DNA of 64,000 nucleotides, from NCBI GenBank assembly GCA_951406725.2, contig OX597834.1, positions 21,700,001 through 21,764,000 on the forward strand. Direction: 5' to 3'. The notes beneath the pieces were generated by a model, which was given only the letters and a program-made list of their open reading frames with translations, was not told the origin of the DNA and searched no databases. This document shows, one piece after another, positions 23,921 to 39,935 of this stretch (position 1 is its first letter; each line of letters begins with the position of its first letter). Both the position numbers and the translations under genes were made by a program. This DNA is from Octopus vulgaris. Lineage: Eukaryota.

Positions 23921-24619
23921 GGATTTCACCTGGTGTGTTAACGATTCTACTACCTGATCACCTTGTGCGATAGTATAGTGGAAACGAATACGAAATAGCT
24001 GAGAATTAGGGGAAATGTTATACATACTGTTGGTTTAATACTGATATTAAAAGACAATTGTGGAGTCAGGGATCTGGAATGTTGCGGCAAAGATGCAAGG
24101 ATAAGGCAAAAAAGGGGGAAATAGCAGAATTTGGGGTTAATAGCAGGAAATATGTATCTCAGATATCTTTTAAATGGTTAACATTGTTACAGCTGGCATT
24201 CTTCAGGTTCTTTCTCTTTCTCTCTTTCAACCTTTCTATCTCTCTCTCTCTCTCTCTCTCTCCCTTATGTGCTTTCTTTGTCTCTTTATCTCCCTCTCCC
24301 TCTCACCTTCTCCCATTTTCTCTCTCTTTCTCTCTCTCTCACACACATTTACTTTCTCTTTTTCTCTTTCTCTCCTTCCCTCTTTCTCCCTCTTTCTCTG
24401 TATCTCTCTCTGTCTCTCTGTCACTATATTTTTATCTTTTCTTTTTTCTATTATTTTTGCTTTGTTTGTTTGTTTGACTAAGACTCTTCAATCTGGTGCC
24501 CCAGCATGGCCACAGTCCAATGACCGAAACAAGTAAAAGCTAGAAGTTTACATTAGTGCCCAGTCTGCCACAATATCTAAACTGTGAAGTGACATGATTT
24601 GGGGTAGGGCTACCATTTC

Positions 24620-25320
24620 AGATCAGGGTTAAGTCATGACTTGCAATAAGGGTTAAGATTTATAGTTGGAGATCGGGTTTAGGAATAGGGTCAGAGTTTA
24701 TAGTTAGCTATACAGACATGGTCAGGGTTTAGGATTAGGGTCAGAGTTTATAGTTAACTATACAGATCGAAATCAATCAACATCAATGGAAATTGTAGCT
24801 GTGATACCAGTGCTGGTGGCACGTAAGGGAACCATCCGAACGTGGCCATTGCCAGCGCCACCCCGACTGGCCTCTGTGCCAGTGGCACGTAAAAAGCACC
24901 ATCTGATTGTGGCCGTTGCCAGCCTCAACTGGCCCCCGTGCCGGTGGCACGTAAAAAGCACCATCCGATCGTGGCCGTTTGCTAGCCCCGTCTGGCACCT
25001 GTGCAGGTGGCACGTAAAAAGCACCCACTACACTCACGGAGTAGTCGGTTGGCGTTAGGAAGGGCATCCAGCTGTAGAAACACTGCCAGATCAGACTGGA
25101 GCCTGGTGCAGCCTTCTGGCTTCCCAAACCCCAGTTGAACCGTCCAACCCATGGAAAACGGACGTTAAACGATGATGATGATGATACAGACATGGTCAGG
25201 GTTTAGGATTAGGGTCAGAGTTTATAGTTAGCTATACAGACAGGGTTAGGGTTTAGAATTAGGGGTTATGATTTATAGTTAGGATTAGGATGTAAAGCTA
25301 TATTTGGGGTTTAGGATTAA
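24620..25320. repeat. 50-bp minisatellite with TTAGGG-like motifs, interrupted by an RTE 3' fragment
   Basis: catggtcagggtttaggattagggtcagagtttatagttagctatacaga units (period 50: 24691, 24741; resumes at 25191). Confidence 0.75.
24767..25183 (+). mobile_element. RTE 3' UTR (family C) with four internal ~60-bp repeats and a 7-bp TSD
   Basis: TSD atacaga at 24760-24766 and 25184-25190; four gtggcacgtaa units; (GAT)n tail. Confidence 0.88.
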
Positions 25321-25804
25321 GCTTTGAGTTACGATGCTCGCTAAAGTGTAAATGTCCTGGTAGAGCATACACTGGAGTCTCACCAGACACTTTTCTCTTT
25401 GCCCCATATAGAAGTCACAGACAAGTCTTTTTTTTTTTGCATTTAAAATCGAGCATAAAATACTCCAGCTTTTCCACTTGTAAATACAATGATTTCTCAG
25501 AGACAACTGAATCTATAGAATCCAGACATTTTTATCAATGGTTACCAAGGAATACAAAACCAATATAAATTTGGTGTTTGGTTGTTGCTTTTTTAATTTT
25601 GAATCTTTGTTGTTGCTGTTGTTGTTTGTGAGCTTATTTGAATGTAAAGTGCGTTGTCCAGTTCTATTTAATGATTTTTATGTTGGTCATGTTACGAGTT
25701 ATTGGGGGGGAAAAAAACAAAACAAAACAACGAAATCAATTCCAATGAAATGAAATACAATAGAATTAGATTCATACAGACATGTCAGCATAGAGCAAGA
25801 CTTA

Positions 25805-25809
25805 TATGT

Positions 25810-25865
<56 letters not shown>

Positions 25866-25910
25866 GTCTGTATATACATACATGTCTGTATATACATACA
25901 TGTCTGTATG

Positions 25911-25958
<48 letters not shown>

Positions 25959-25993
25959 TATATACATACATATATAAATACATATATATATAA

Positions 25994-26044
<51 letters not shown>

Positions 26045-26074
26045 TAAATATGTATATATATATATGTACATGTC

Positions 26075-26108
<34 letters not shown>

Positions 26109-26165
26109 CATACATACATATATAAATATGTATATATATATATATATCTATACACATACATACTA

Positions 26166-26196
<31 letters not shown>

Positions 26197-26245
26197 TATT
26201 TATAAATACATATATAAATATGCATGCATACATCTATACGTACAT

Positions 26246-26312
<67 letters not shown>

Positions 26313-26322
26313 TATATACATA
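25805..26322. repeat. (TA)/(CA)n compound microsatellite
   Basis: Seen directly. Confidence 0.95.
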
Positions 26323-26495
26323 TCATGAACTAACTGTTACTTTCTCAGATGCAGCATGGAATTTTGTCAGTGAAAAGGTCACGGTTTCAAAGTGATGAAA
26401 ATATTTCAACAAATTAAATTTGAATATTGAAGAGAATCTAACGTTTTTTGTGTATTTTTAAATGGCTTATAAACACCTTCCATGCTGCAATTGTT

Positions 26496-26539
<44 letters not shown>

Positions 26540-26647
26540 CACCGGAGTAAACACATAAATGTGAAACAAGGTGGAAAAAAGAGTACTCAAATACCAGAGG
26601 TAGAGTAATATGCTTTATTTAAAAGCAGCAGAAATATAACAAGTAAG

Positions 26648-27258
26648 GCGACGTGGTAACGATCACACTTGAATGGTGTGTTTAACATGCCATCGGCACG
26701 AAGGACAGGTTGTTGCTCTGGCAACGATCTCACTCGTATGGTATTCTTAGCGCTCCAATAGCAACGGATGCCAGTCACCAAGTTTGATTTTGACTTCGAT
26801 TTCACTTGCCTCAACTGGTCTTTTCAAGCAGCGTTTGTTGTCCAATGAAGAAAAGGCATGTACAAGTGGACTGGTTACACCCCTAGCATAGGCCACAAGA
26901 TTATGGTCACACTTGCACTTGCTGAGTCTTCTGAAGCACAGCATATATTTCCAGAGGTCCCGGTCACTAGTCATTGCCTTGATGAGACCCAATGTTTGAA
27001 GGTCATGCTTCACCACCTCATTCCAGGTCTTCCTGGGTCTACCTCTTCCACAGGTTCCCTCAACTGCTAGGGTGTGGCACGTTTTCACACAGCTATCCAC
27101 ATCCATTCTTGCCACATGACCATACCAGCGAAGTCGTCTCTCTTGCACACCACATCTGATGCTTCTTAGGTCCAACCTTTCTCTCAAGGTACTTACACTT
27201 TGTTGAGTATGCACACTGACATTTCACATCCATCGGAGCATGCTGGCTTCATTCCTTA
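26648..27258 (-). pseudogene. RTE-clade LINE reverse transcriptase C-terminus plus start of 3' UTR
   Basis: RNEASMLRWM*NVSVHTQQSVSTLRERLDLRSIRCGVQERRLRWYGHVARM...GRGRPRKTWNEVVKHDLQTLGL...DRDLW: canonical RTE RLRWYGHV and GRPRKTW motifs. Confidence 0.88.
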
Positions 27259-27390
27259 TATATATAAATATGTATATGTATATGTATGTGTGGGTGTATG
27301 TATGAATGTATGTATGTATACTATAGCAAACTATTCATACATACAAATAGGAACATAGCAAGACATACACATAAATACATTGTGTGTATA

Positions 27391-27795
27391 GGCGCAGTAG
27401 TTGCTGTGTGGTAAGTAGCTTACTTACCAACCACACGGTTCCGGGTTTAGTCCCACTGCGTGGCACCTTGGGAAAGTATCTTGTACTATAGCCTCTGGCC
27501 GACCAAAGCCTTGTGAGTGGATTTGGTAGACGGAAACTGAAAGAAGCCTGTCATATATATATATATGTATATATATGTGTTTGTGTGTCTGTGTTTGTCC
27601 CCTCCCACCATCGCTTGACAACCGATGCTGGTATGTTTACGTCCCTGTTACTTAGCGGTTTGGCAAAAGAGACCGATAGAATAAGTACTTGGCTTACAAA
27701 GAATAAGTCCTGGGGTCGATTTGCTCGACTAAAAGGCGGTGCTCCAGCATGGCTGCAGTCAAATGACTGAAACTAGTAAAAGAGAAAGTAAAGAG
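27391..27795 (+). mobile_element. SINE A, full length, young
   Basis: ggcgcagtagttgctgtgtggtaagtagc...gactgaaactagtaaaagag. Confidence 0.9.
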
Positions 27796-27807
27796 TATAT
27801 ATATATA

Positions 27808-27891
<84 letters not shown>

Positions 27892-28325
27892 TATATATGA
27901 ATGTGTGTGTGTACAATAGAAATATATTTATACATGCTTATAGTAACACAATTCCTGTGTTGTGCGACTGATTACAATACTAATACAAAATTTATCAAAA
28001 TGCCAATCAAATGTATGTATACAGAGAGAGAAAGAGAGAAATATATTCGATAATTGTACACAAGTGTGCAGCAATACAATTTATTTCAACTATTGTTGGT
28101 TGTAACAATCTTCTTGATCAAATATATTGAGAAATATTTTCAATAATTGCACAGAGATACCATAGCAGGGCAAGTTATTTCAACTATTGTTAGCTCGACT
28201 AGTTATTGTTGATCAAGTATATATACATACATGCATATATATATAAAATAATATGTTACAATTACTCAATAGTCAAGATAAAACTCTGAGTTTCTTTCTT
28301 TCTTTTGTTATCTTACCGTTTTTAC

Positions 28326-28362
<37 letters not shown>

Positions 28363-28364
28363 CG

Positions 28365-28396
<32 letters not shown>

Positions 28397-28397
<1 letters not shown>

Positions 28398-28549
28398 CAT
28401 CATCATCATCATCATCATTTAGCGTCCGTTTTCCATGCTAGCATGGGTTGGACGGTTCTACTGGGGTCTGTGCCGCCAGAAGGCTTCATCAGGCCCAGTC
28501 AAATCTGGCAGTGTTTCTACGGCTGGATGCCCTTCCGTGAGTGTAGTGG
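28397..28549 (-). mobile_element. RTE 3' terminus (family C variant)
   Basis: (cat)n ttagcgtccgttttccatgctagcatgggttggacgg...ggatgcccttcc. Confidence 0.75.
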
Positions 28550-28634
28550 GTATATATATGTATGTATGTATATATTGTATGTAAATATAATTATATATAT
28601 ACATACATACAAATATATGTGTGTGTATGTATGC

Positions 28635-28693
<59 letters not shown>

Positions 28694-28743
28694 AATATAA
28701 TTATATATATACATACATACAAATATATGTGTGTGTATGTATG

Positions 28744-28784
<41 letters not shown>

Positions 28785-28861
28785 GCATGTACATAAATAT
28801 ATTTATATATGTATATATGTATATATATATATATATACATGCATGTACATATATATATTTA

Positions 28862-28926
<65 letters not shown>

Positions 28927-28927
28927 T

Positions 28928-29003
<76 letters not shown>
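28550..29003. repeat. (TA)n compound microsatellite with internal duplication
   Basis: gtaaatataattatatatatacatacatacaaatatatgt occurs twice. Confidence 0.9.
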
Positions 29004-29004
<1 letters not shown>

Positions 29005-29005
29005 T

Positions 29006-29209
29006 CTGGGTGTGGTGAATAAATTGTTGTCCAAATTACTCAAAAGTGAAAAGAACACAGGCATCTTATTTTAACAGATATATTTACCAAAATTACATAA
29101 AAATATCTTGAAATACTAAAGAGTAAATTTATTCAATAAAATCGTCATTGGCTTCTTCCACACCCTCCAGACGACTTTGGTATCTCCTGCAACTCTTCTG
29201 GATGGTCTC
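29006..29209 (-). mobile_element. Tc1/mariner-superfamily transposon right end (transposase C-terminus plus TIR remnant)
   Basis: 29209-29129 on minus reads ETIQKSCRRYQSRLEGVEEANDDFIE*, like the I.k.C..F..RL.AV..A.G..IE* terminus; ctgggtgtggtgaataaattg resembles a CAGGGTG TIR. Confidence 0.65.
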
Positions 29210-29211
29210 TT

Positions 29212-29342
29212 TGTTTATTCTTTGTAAGCCTAGTACTTATTCTATTGGTCTCATTTGCTGAACCGCTAAGTGACGGCGACGTAAACACACCAGCATCGGT
29301 TGTCAAGCAATGCTAGGGGGACAAACACAGACACACAAACAT

Positions 29343-29392
<50 letters not shown>

Positions 29393-29555
29393 GATGGGCT
29401 TCTTTCAGTTTCCGTCTACCAAATCCACTCACAAGGCTTTGGTCGGCCCGAGGCTATAGTAGAAGAAACTTTCCCAAGGTGCCACGCAGTGCGACTGAAC
29501 CCGGAACCATGTGGTTGGTAAGCAAGCTACTTACCATACACCCACTCCTGCGCCT
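29212..29555 (-). mobile_element. SINE A, 3'-truncated
   Basis: Reverse complement of family A ending cctgcgcc. Confidence 0.88.
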
Positions 29556-29570
29556 ATGTATCTATCTATC

Positions 29571-29602
<32 letters not shown>

Positions 29603-30850
29603 TACACATATTTCTGCTCGAATGCGTACGTATATGTCTGTGTTAATGAATATCAGCTGTCGCTTTCGTATGTAGGCATACATGTATGGATATGCATATA
29701 TGCATGTGTGCATATGACTGTGAACATATACTCATATGCACCTTTTGGGGGGATGTGCATGTAGATGCCTGCATACATCAAAGCATAGGAGATGGTCCTT
29801 ATACGTGTGTATGTATGTGTGCACATATGCATATATGTGTGAATATGTACATGTGCATATGTATTTAAAAACACACACATACACACTCACACACACACAC
29901 AGACATACATACTCACACACACACTCATACATGCACACTCACACACTCATACATACACACACACGCGCACACACGCACACACTCACCCACTCACATATAC
30001 ACACACACACACATGCACTCACACATACACACACACACACACACATACCTGCCAATTTATTGCATACCTGCCAATTTATTTATGTACATGCATCTGTCTG
30101 CGTGCGTGTGCATGTGTGTGCAAACTAATGTCAGCAGATACTTCCGTATGCACATATGCATGTGTGCATCTGAGCCTGTCTACATGCACATACATGCTTG
30201 CACATATTAATCAGCATTATTTCCTTCAACGAAACTCCCTGTCTGACATTTGAATCACCTGTCATTAGTCACCCCACCAACCGGGTTCATTCGTGAAGGC
30301 AGGGGCTCGGGGTTATATAAACCTGAGAATACAATAGAAGGGAGATAACTTATTGTTGTATTTCAAACTTAAGGGGTTTCTGCTGATGTGGGAGTCACAG
30401 TAACATAGGGGCTGGTAATAAAATAGTAAGGGGCAGTGGAGGAATGGGGGTAAATGGTAGAGAAGTGGAGGTTGATAATTGAACTGATTGTAATCGGGTA
30501 GATTTAATTTGTATTTATATTTATTTTTTGGTTGTATTTAAAATTTCTTTTTTCAGTATTCCTTTTACTGTGTGTGTGTCTTGATGTATGTAGGCCTGTA
30601 TGTATGTTTGTTTGTATGTGCATATGTGAATGTTTGCGAAATATGAATGTAACTATATATGCACATATATATGTGTACAGTATACATATATAAATGCATG
30701 TGTGTATATATATATGTATATATATATACATATATATATGTGTATACATACATACGCATGCACCCATATATATATATATATGGGGGGGTTGCACACATGT
30801 ATTTAAATGTATATATATGTGTATGTATGTATATACACACACACACACGC

Positions 30851-30885
<35 letters not shown>

Positions 30886-30940
30886 CATAAACATACATAC
30901 AATTGTGAATATGCATAAATTTGTCAGTGCATAAGTGTAA

Positions 30941-30977
<37 letters not shown>

Positions 30978-31262
30978 GTGGAGGCCCAGTGGTTAGGGCA
31001 GTGGACTCGCAGTTGTAGGATCGCAGTTTCGATTCCCAGACCGGGCGTTGCGAGTGTTTATTGAGCAAAAACACCTAAAGCTCCACGAGGCTCCAGCAGG
31101 TGGTGATCCCTGCTGTACTCTTTCGCCACAACTTTCTCTCACTCTTTCTTCTGTTGGCCTGTTCCCTTAGCCAGCGGGGTGGCATCATTTGAAGGCTAAA
31201 ACAATGTGAAGCGCATTGTGACCAGCGATGTGTAGCAACATCTGATAGCCTGGTCAGTCACG

Positions 31263-31267
<5 letters not shown>
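30978..31267 (+). mobile_element. SINE family D (tRNA-Arg-like head), full length, in (TA)n
   Basis: ggcccagtggttagggcag A-box, gtttcgattccc B-box, tail gtcagtcacggtgata. Confidence 0.88.
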
Positions 31268-31307
<40 letters not shown>

Positions 31308-31880
31308 CATACTCACACACAAATGGGAGGGGTGTATTTGTGTGTGTGTGTGTATGTACGTATGTGTGTACAGATGGATGGATAGATAGACAGACATACA
31401 GATATAATATACATTACTGTTGCGCTGACTCTACTGTGTTCCAAATGCTTGTTCTACAACGAAGAATACATCTACAGATTTTAGCCAACATTGTATTTAC
31501 ATACAACCAGATATAATTACCATAATTCTATACACAATGTCCCTGGAGACACTGCATAAAATCAAATATTGCTAAGGGCTTAACTAAATTGGATAGACTG
31601 ATTTACATATATTCGTCATTTATCCTTGGCATCCAATTAATTCACTGATTAAATCCAAACGAAGGATTGAAAGTAGTGCAGCTGGCTGCACATTTTCGGT
31701 TCACAAAGATTCTGTAACGTATAAAAGAGATACAGTGCTGACAAAATATCTCTGCATTCATATCGTTATGTTCTTTTATTTGTTTCAGTCATTTGACTGT
31801 GGCCATGCTGGAGCACCGCCTTTAATATCTATTGATTAATATCTACATAGCATACTGCAGAATATATGTATATATATTCA

Positions 31881-32045
31881 TAGGTGTAGGCATGGCTCTA
31901 TGGTAAGAAACTTGATTCCCAAGCACATGGTTCCAGGTTCAGTACCATTGTGTGGCACCCTGAGCTAAGGTCTTCTACTATAGCACTTGGCCAAACAAAT
32001 CCTTGTGTGTGTGTATTTGTCTTCCATCACCATTTGACAACTTGT
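31881..32045 (+). mobile_element. SINE A, deleted copy
   Basis: ggcatggctctatggtaag...ggttcagtacc...tcttctactatagc. Confidence 0.7.
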
Positions 32046-32079
32046 ACCTATAGTAGAAAGGATTATTATTATTATTATG

Positions 32080-32510
32080 AAGGTGGCCAGCTGGCAGAAT
32101 CGTTAGCACACCAGGTGAAATGCTTAGTGATATTTCATCTGCTGCTATGTTTTGAGTTCAAATTCTGCTATGGTCAACTTTGCTTTCCATCCTTTCAGGG
32201 TCAGTAAATTAGGTACCAGTTTAAATGACTGGCCCCCTCCCCAAAAAGTTTGGACCTTGTGCCTAGAGTAAAAATGGATTACTATAATTATCATGAAGGT
32301 GATCAACTGGCAGAAACGTTAGCATGCTGAGCAAAATGTTTAGCAGTATTTTGTCTGCCGCTACGTTCTGAGTTCAAATTCCGCTGAGATTGACTTTGCC
32401 TTTCATCCTTTCAGGTTCAATTAAATAAGTTCTAGTTACGCACTGGGGTCAATGTAAATGACTTAATCTCCTCCCCCAAGCTGCTCTTGGGACAAAAATT
32501 TGTAATCATT
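32080..32510 (+). mobile_element. Two tandem SINE B copies (32080-32280, 32297-32510)
   Basis: Two ctggcagaa..gttagca heads with gagttcaaattc and cctttcatcctttc. Confidence 0.85.
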
Positions 32511-32774
32511 ATCATCATCATTATTATTATTATTATTGCCTTTTTTTTTTCTTCTTTCAATTTTGCTTCTATTTCTTGCCGAGTGTCTTCCCGACTCCTA
32601 GGGCAAAGAAACTCATAGTATACATTGGTAGGCCATTAAACCAAACTCAATAGTTCATTCATTTAAAAAAATTTTTTTTTTAAGTTATATTAAAATACAT
32701 GAACAGCAACTAGTATTATTATTATTATTATTATTAAATGCTAATTTAATTAGCAGGAATGTTATCATGAAGTT

Positions 32775-33005
32775 ACAGTCACTTCAAATCTCAAGAATCT
32801 TTCTTAGGATTCTGGCAGAATACAGGAATGGTACCTTTCTGTATGTCAAAAACTGAAATCCAAGTCATAATCCTGGTATCTTTCAGTCTCTCTGGTACCA
32901 GTTTGAGTGGTCTGCCACTGTTCCTTATAATCATATCTGGTCCTTCTACTTCTACGGTATAGTCAGACCTTATGGAGAAGTCCTAGGAAATCTGGTAATT
33001 CCATA
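32775..33005 (-). pseudogene. Degenerate R4/Dong RLE-endonuclease fragment
   Basis: NYQIS*DFSIRSDYTVEVEGPDMII and IQKG.../LYSARILRKILEI* resemble ILWDF.IQTD.....RPD and IQK...L.SARILRK.L. Confidence 0.6.
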
Positions 33006-33349
33006 AAATCCATGCAGTTCAGAGGCAACTATTTTTTTTTTTTTTTTGAAATAGTAAAACTATGAACAGAAATAAATTTCTTTAAATTACTGCATCTTAG
33101 AATACTGTACATTAGACCTACCCACCCCCAGCCTATTCCCGCTCCCTCCATGTAAAACAGGGGACAAACTCGTGTAATGATGCCTTTGACATTTATTTTA
33201 TGTAGGGTGTTTTTGTTTTTTGTTTTTTTTGTAGATTTACTTTCCGTTATTTCATGGAAAAAATAGTGAAAGCGATGGCTCTTTTATTAATTGCTGTTCT
33301 GCCTGTGAGACTTGTGTATATATTTGCCTTTTAGAAAATACACATACGT

Positions 33350-35295
<1,946 letters not shown>

Positions 35296-35920
35296 TGGTT
35301 AACTTTTATCGTCATGTAGTTCTAATTCTTATATGCGCTTAAGGTATTAGATGCTCACCAGTTTTTCACGGAACCATTCTCTGTTCTGTATATCTGAGTC
35401 GATTCGCCAGAAGCTTTCACATCTTTCAAAAAGAGCGAGAAAAACAAGGAGGAAATAAAGAAAGAAAGAAAGAAAGAGAAGGAACGGAATAAAAGCGGAA
35501 AATGCCAAAAAGGAAAAAAAAAGAAAAAAGAGAGAGAGAGAAAGAAAGAGAAAGACTTATGGAATGTAGAATTAGAAGTCTGCAGAGAACCGATTTGCTA
35601 AAGCGATGATCACAGCATTAATTTGGATCTTAACAACTATTTTTGTTATAAGGAATTTCTTGTAGCTTTAATGGAAGTTAAGAAGTTAATCTAAAATGCA
35701 ATCTTTCTTGAAGAATAGTTCCAGAATAATCCAGCTTTACTCTTCTTCTGTCATTTTCATTACCTTCTTCCTCTCCTTTTCTTCATCCTCTCCTCTTCCT
35801 CTTCCTCTTAATTCTTCTTCTTTGCCGCCTTCTTCGTCTTCTTAATTCTTCTTTTCCTACTTCTTCTTTATCTTATTCTTCTTCGTCTTCTTCTTCTTCT
35901 TATTATTATTATTATTGTTA

Positions 35921-35964
<44 letters not shown>

Positions 35965-36559
35965 TATCTTCGTCTTCTTCCTCTTCTTTTTCTACTTCTT
36001 CGTCTTCTTTTTCCTTCTTTACCTTCTCCTTGCCTCCTCCTTCTTTGTCACCTCCTTTCCTTTCTTCTTTTTCTTCTGCCTTCTTTGGTGTTTTCTTCTT
36101 TGCCTCTGCTACAAATACTTCTATTTCCTTCTCCTTTTTCATCTTTTTCTTTTGTGACATTCTGCTAATCCAAGAACTCCGTTGGCAAGAACCTTTAAAA
36201 CAAGGAATAAAATCTTTGTGATGAGATTTCCTTGAAAACCAAAGAAAAAAAAATCCAAAGAAAATGGAAGAATTTTGTTCACTTTCTTGTTTTACAACCA
36301 TTTCTTTTTTCTTTTGTTTTTTTTCTTCTTCATTTTTCCTCATGTGATCAAGGGTTTAGACTGAGATGCATTTGAGGGCAGGATTTTCTGGATGGATGCT
36401 CTACCTGTCAGCAACCTTTACCTGTTATTTTTCAAGTAATAGATTTCTTTGATTCTACAAGTGTTTGAAAGTGCAGAGCAACATGTCATATTAGCAACAA
36501 GTAATGTCAGCATCAGCACCATTTTACTCACACAGTGATAAGGCTAGTCTATCAGAGAG

Positions 36560-36705
36560 CGACCCACTTACAGCTGAGTGGACTGGAGCAACATGAAATG
36601 AAGTGTCTTGCTCAAGAACACAATGTGCTGCCCAGTCCAGGACGTGAAACCTTGGTTCTGTGACCATGAGTGCAACACCCTAACCATTGGACCACGCATC
36701 TTCAC
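36560..36705 (-). mobile_element. SINE E head plus CORE-like domain
   Basis: cagctgagtggactggagcaacatgaaatgaagtgtcttgctcaagaacaca. Confidence 0.7.
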
Positions 36706-36760
36706 TTACATTAAATATAACAACAATGGCAGACCCATGATTCGTTAACATTGAAATGTG

Positions 36761-37362
36761 GGTAGATCCAGGAAGATGTTGGGTGAAGTGATGAGAAAGG
36801 ATCTTTAGACATTGGGTCTCACAGAGGGGGGTGACAGGGGACCAAGGCTCTTGGTGGTTCACTATACTTAAGAAGACACATCAGGCTAAGCAAAAGCTTG
36901 GTTGACAACCGATGCTGGTGTGTTTACGTCCCCGTCACTTAGCGGTTCAGCAAAAGAGACCGATAGAATAAGTACTGGGCTTACAAAAAATAATTCCCGG
37001 GGTCGATTATCTCGACTAAAGGCGGTGCTCCAGCATGGCCGCAGTCAAATGACTGAAATAAGTAAAAGAGTAAAAAGAGAGTATGTCCCCTACATTCCAT
37101 CTTCAGCTATGCGTCCCTTATCTTGCAAGCTTGTGGGTGCTGGTACCACATAAAAAGCACCTGTACTGGGTCCAAGCACCCATGCCAGTGCTGCGTAGAA
37201 GCACGCAGTCCACTTTGTAAAGCGGTTGGTGTTAGGAAGGGCACCCAGCCATAGAAGCCAAGCCAAAACTGACCTACTACCCAAGCAGCTCTTCGGCTGA
37301 CCAGCTCCTGTCAATCTGTCCAACCCATGCCAGCATGGCAAACGGACGTCAAATGATGATGC
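36761..37362 (+). mobile_element. Old RTE 3' end (ORF end, family C UTR, GAT tail) interrupted by a SINE A 3' half (36902-37082)
   Basis: GRSRKMLGEVMRKDL*TLGLTE aligns to the 26648-27258 RT end; downstream aaaagcacc...ggttggtgttaggaagggc...ggacgtcaaatgatgatg. Confidence 0.7.
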
Positions 37363-37394
37363 CAATCATCATATCATCATCATCATCATCATCA

Positions 37395-37434
<40 letters not shown>

Positions 37435-37940
37435 CATTATTATTATTATTAACCCAGAAACTGGTTAACAACGTTACCTTATTTTGGAAATTATTATTTT
37501 TCACTTTCTGTAATATTTCATCATATTCTCTTTCTCTTCCCAAACTATACAAGTGTTTTGTATAGTTTGGGCAAAGCAAGGATGAATTTTTTTTTTTTTT
37601 CACTTTGTCAGTTCCTTATTGACATTTGTTGTGATAACGATTAAAGCAGTTTGTTTGTTTATTTATTTATTTATTTATTTATTTATTGGTGGTTTTCAAG
37701 AGTAATAAAAACAAAAAGCAAAAACGTAAAATGTGTTAGAAAAATTTTTTAAAAATAAAACAAATCAAATTTCTCTAAATAATTAGAAATAACAGACTTG
37801 TAAGTTTATTTCATTTGTATTAATTATGTCTGGTTGGACAAACATGAAATATATATAATGTAAAGAAAAATATATATATACACCATTTAATATTACTGCT
37901 TCATTTCATTATGACCCAGAATGTGTGTGTATAAATAAAT

Positions 37941-38018
<78 letters not shown>

Positions 38019-38047
38019 GGATATATATATATGTGTGTGTGTATGCT

Positions 38048-38087
<40 letters not shown>

Positions 38088-38183
38088 GTATGTATACATT
38101 TTTTATGGCTGTATGTCTGCTCTGTAAAACTTACAAATTAATATATAAAAACAAACATTCTTAGATATATACATGTGTGTATA

Positions 38184-38238
<55 letters not shown>

Positions 38239-38939
38239 ATATATATGTGTGTATGTATATATATTTATGTATATGTATATATAAATATATATATATATAC
38301 ATAAATATATATATATAAACAAATATATATATATTTATTTTATAAACATTTATATATATATACACGCACACACACACACGCACGCACGTGTATGCATATA
38401 TATATATCTACGTGTATGTATATATTCGTATATACATACATTTATTCATATATGTGTTTGAGGGACAGAGAGAGAGAGAGAGAAATTATGTATGATTGCA
38501 AGCACATAAGAAGTTTCAAATATATATACATACACTCAGACACACACACACACACACACATACACTTGCATACTACAATGTTTAGCATTATATAAGCATT
38601 CAGTTATAGGTACATACACACGTGTACATAATTATACACACACACACATATACATGCAAGTGTGTGAATATATGACTGTAAACGTATTCACTTAGCTGGC
38701 ATTAAATATTTACACATTCCAATATATATACAAATATATATATATATATACTTGTATATATGTATATATATGTGTGTATGTGTATATATATATATATACA
38801 TATGTATGTATATGAATTTATATATGTGTAGTGTATATATATGTATGTGTGTGTGTGTGTGTGTGTTTGTATGAATACATATATATATGTATATATATAT
38901 ATATGTATATGAATACATATATATGTGTGTGTGTGTGTA

Positions 38940-38977
<38 letters not shown>

Positions 38978-39553
38978 AATATGTACATACTAGAATACAT
39001 AACATCACATAATTAAATACCCATACATACATACATGCATACATAAACATACATGAACATAGACACAGAAGTATGTGTTCATGTGCACATGTGTGTTTGT
39101 GAGTGTGCGTATGCATGTGTGTGTGTGTGTGTGTGTGTCGTGTGTGTGTATGTGAACTGTTGCACTTTATAATTAATCTGATTATATTCTGTTCGTCTTA
39201 TGCCCTTGCGATAACCAAATATATACCATTTATTACAATGCCATTATTCCTTCTTTATCTCAGACTGTCACAAGACAGTTCCACCAGCTTAAACTGTCTC
39301 GGCTTTATGGTAACAGTACACAATGGTATTCAAAGACCTGCTGTCTGTTATGTTAATACGATATATATATATATATATACACATATAGAGCACCTATATA
39401 CATGAATACATACATACAGATGGATGTATGTTCTATGTATTTCTATATGTATATGAGTGTGTCTATGTGTATGCATGTATATGTGTATATATGCATGTAT
39501 GTGTGTATATGTATGTTTATATATCAATGTGTGTGTGTATACAATATATTATA

Positions 39554-39595
<42 letters not shown>

Positions 39596-39608
39596 ATATG
39601 ATATTTAT

Positions 39609-39687
<79 letters not shown>

Positions 39688-39775
39688 TATAGATATATAT
39701 AGATAGATAGATAGATATACATACATTTTCAGTCTCGAGCCAACTCTGAAAGTTAAGACATTTCTTGTGTGTGTG

Positions 39776-39812
<37 letters not shown>

Positions 39813-39896
39813 ATACAAATTGAGATAGCAGGGTTGTATTCCTCCATGGGATAACATATATCCAATATACTGCTAGTGAAGTACCCATATACATAC

Positions 39897-39935
<39 letters not shown>

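Noticed and set aside
25699-26333. YIYI/IHTH-type ORFs (also 28305-29074, 33252-35342, 54691-55465 and others)
   Set aside because: Translations of (TA)n and (CA)n microsatellites.
30313-30322. TATA-like ttatataaa in a unique block
   Set aside because: Uninformative in AT-rich DNA, with no supporting transcript or downstream exon.
39264-39309. Possible 46-nt exon (ttccttctttatctcag|...|gtaaca)
   Set aside because: Weak donor, and no frame resembles the expected NAV CH segment.
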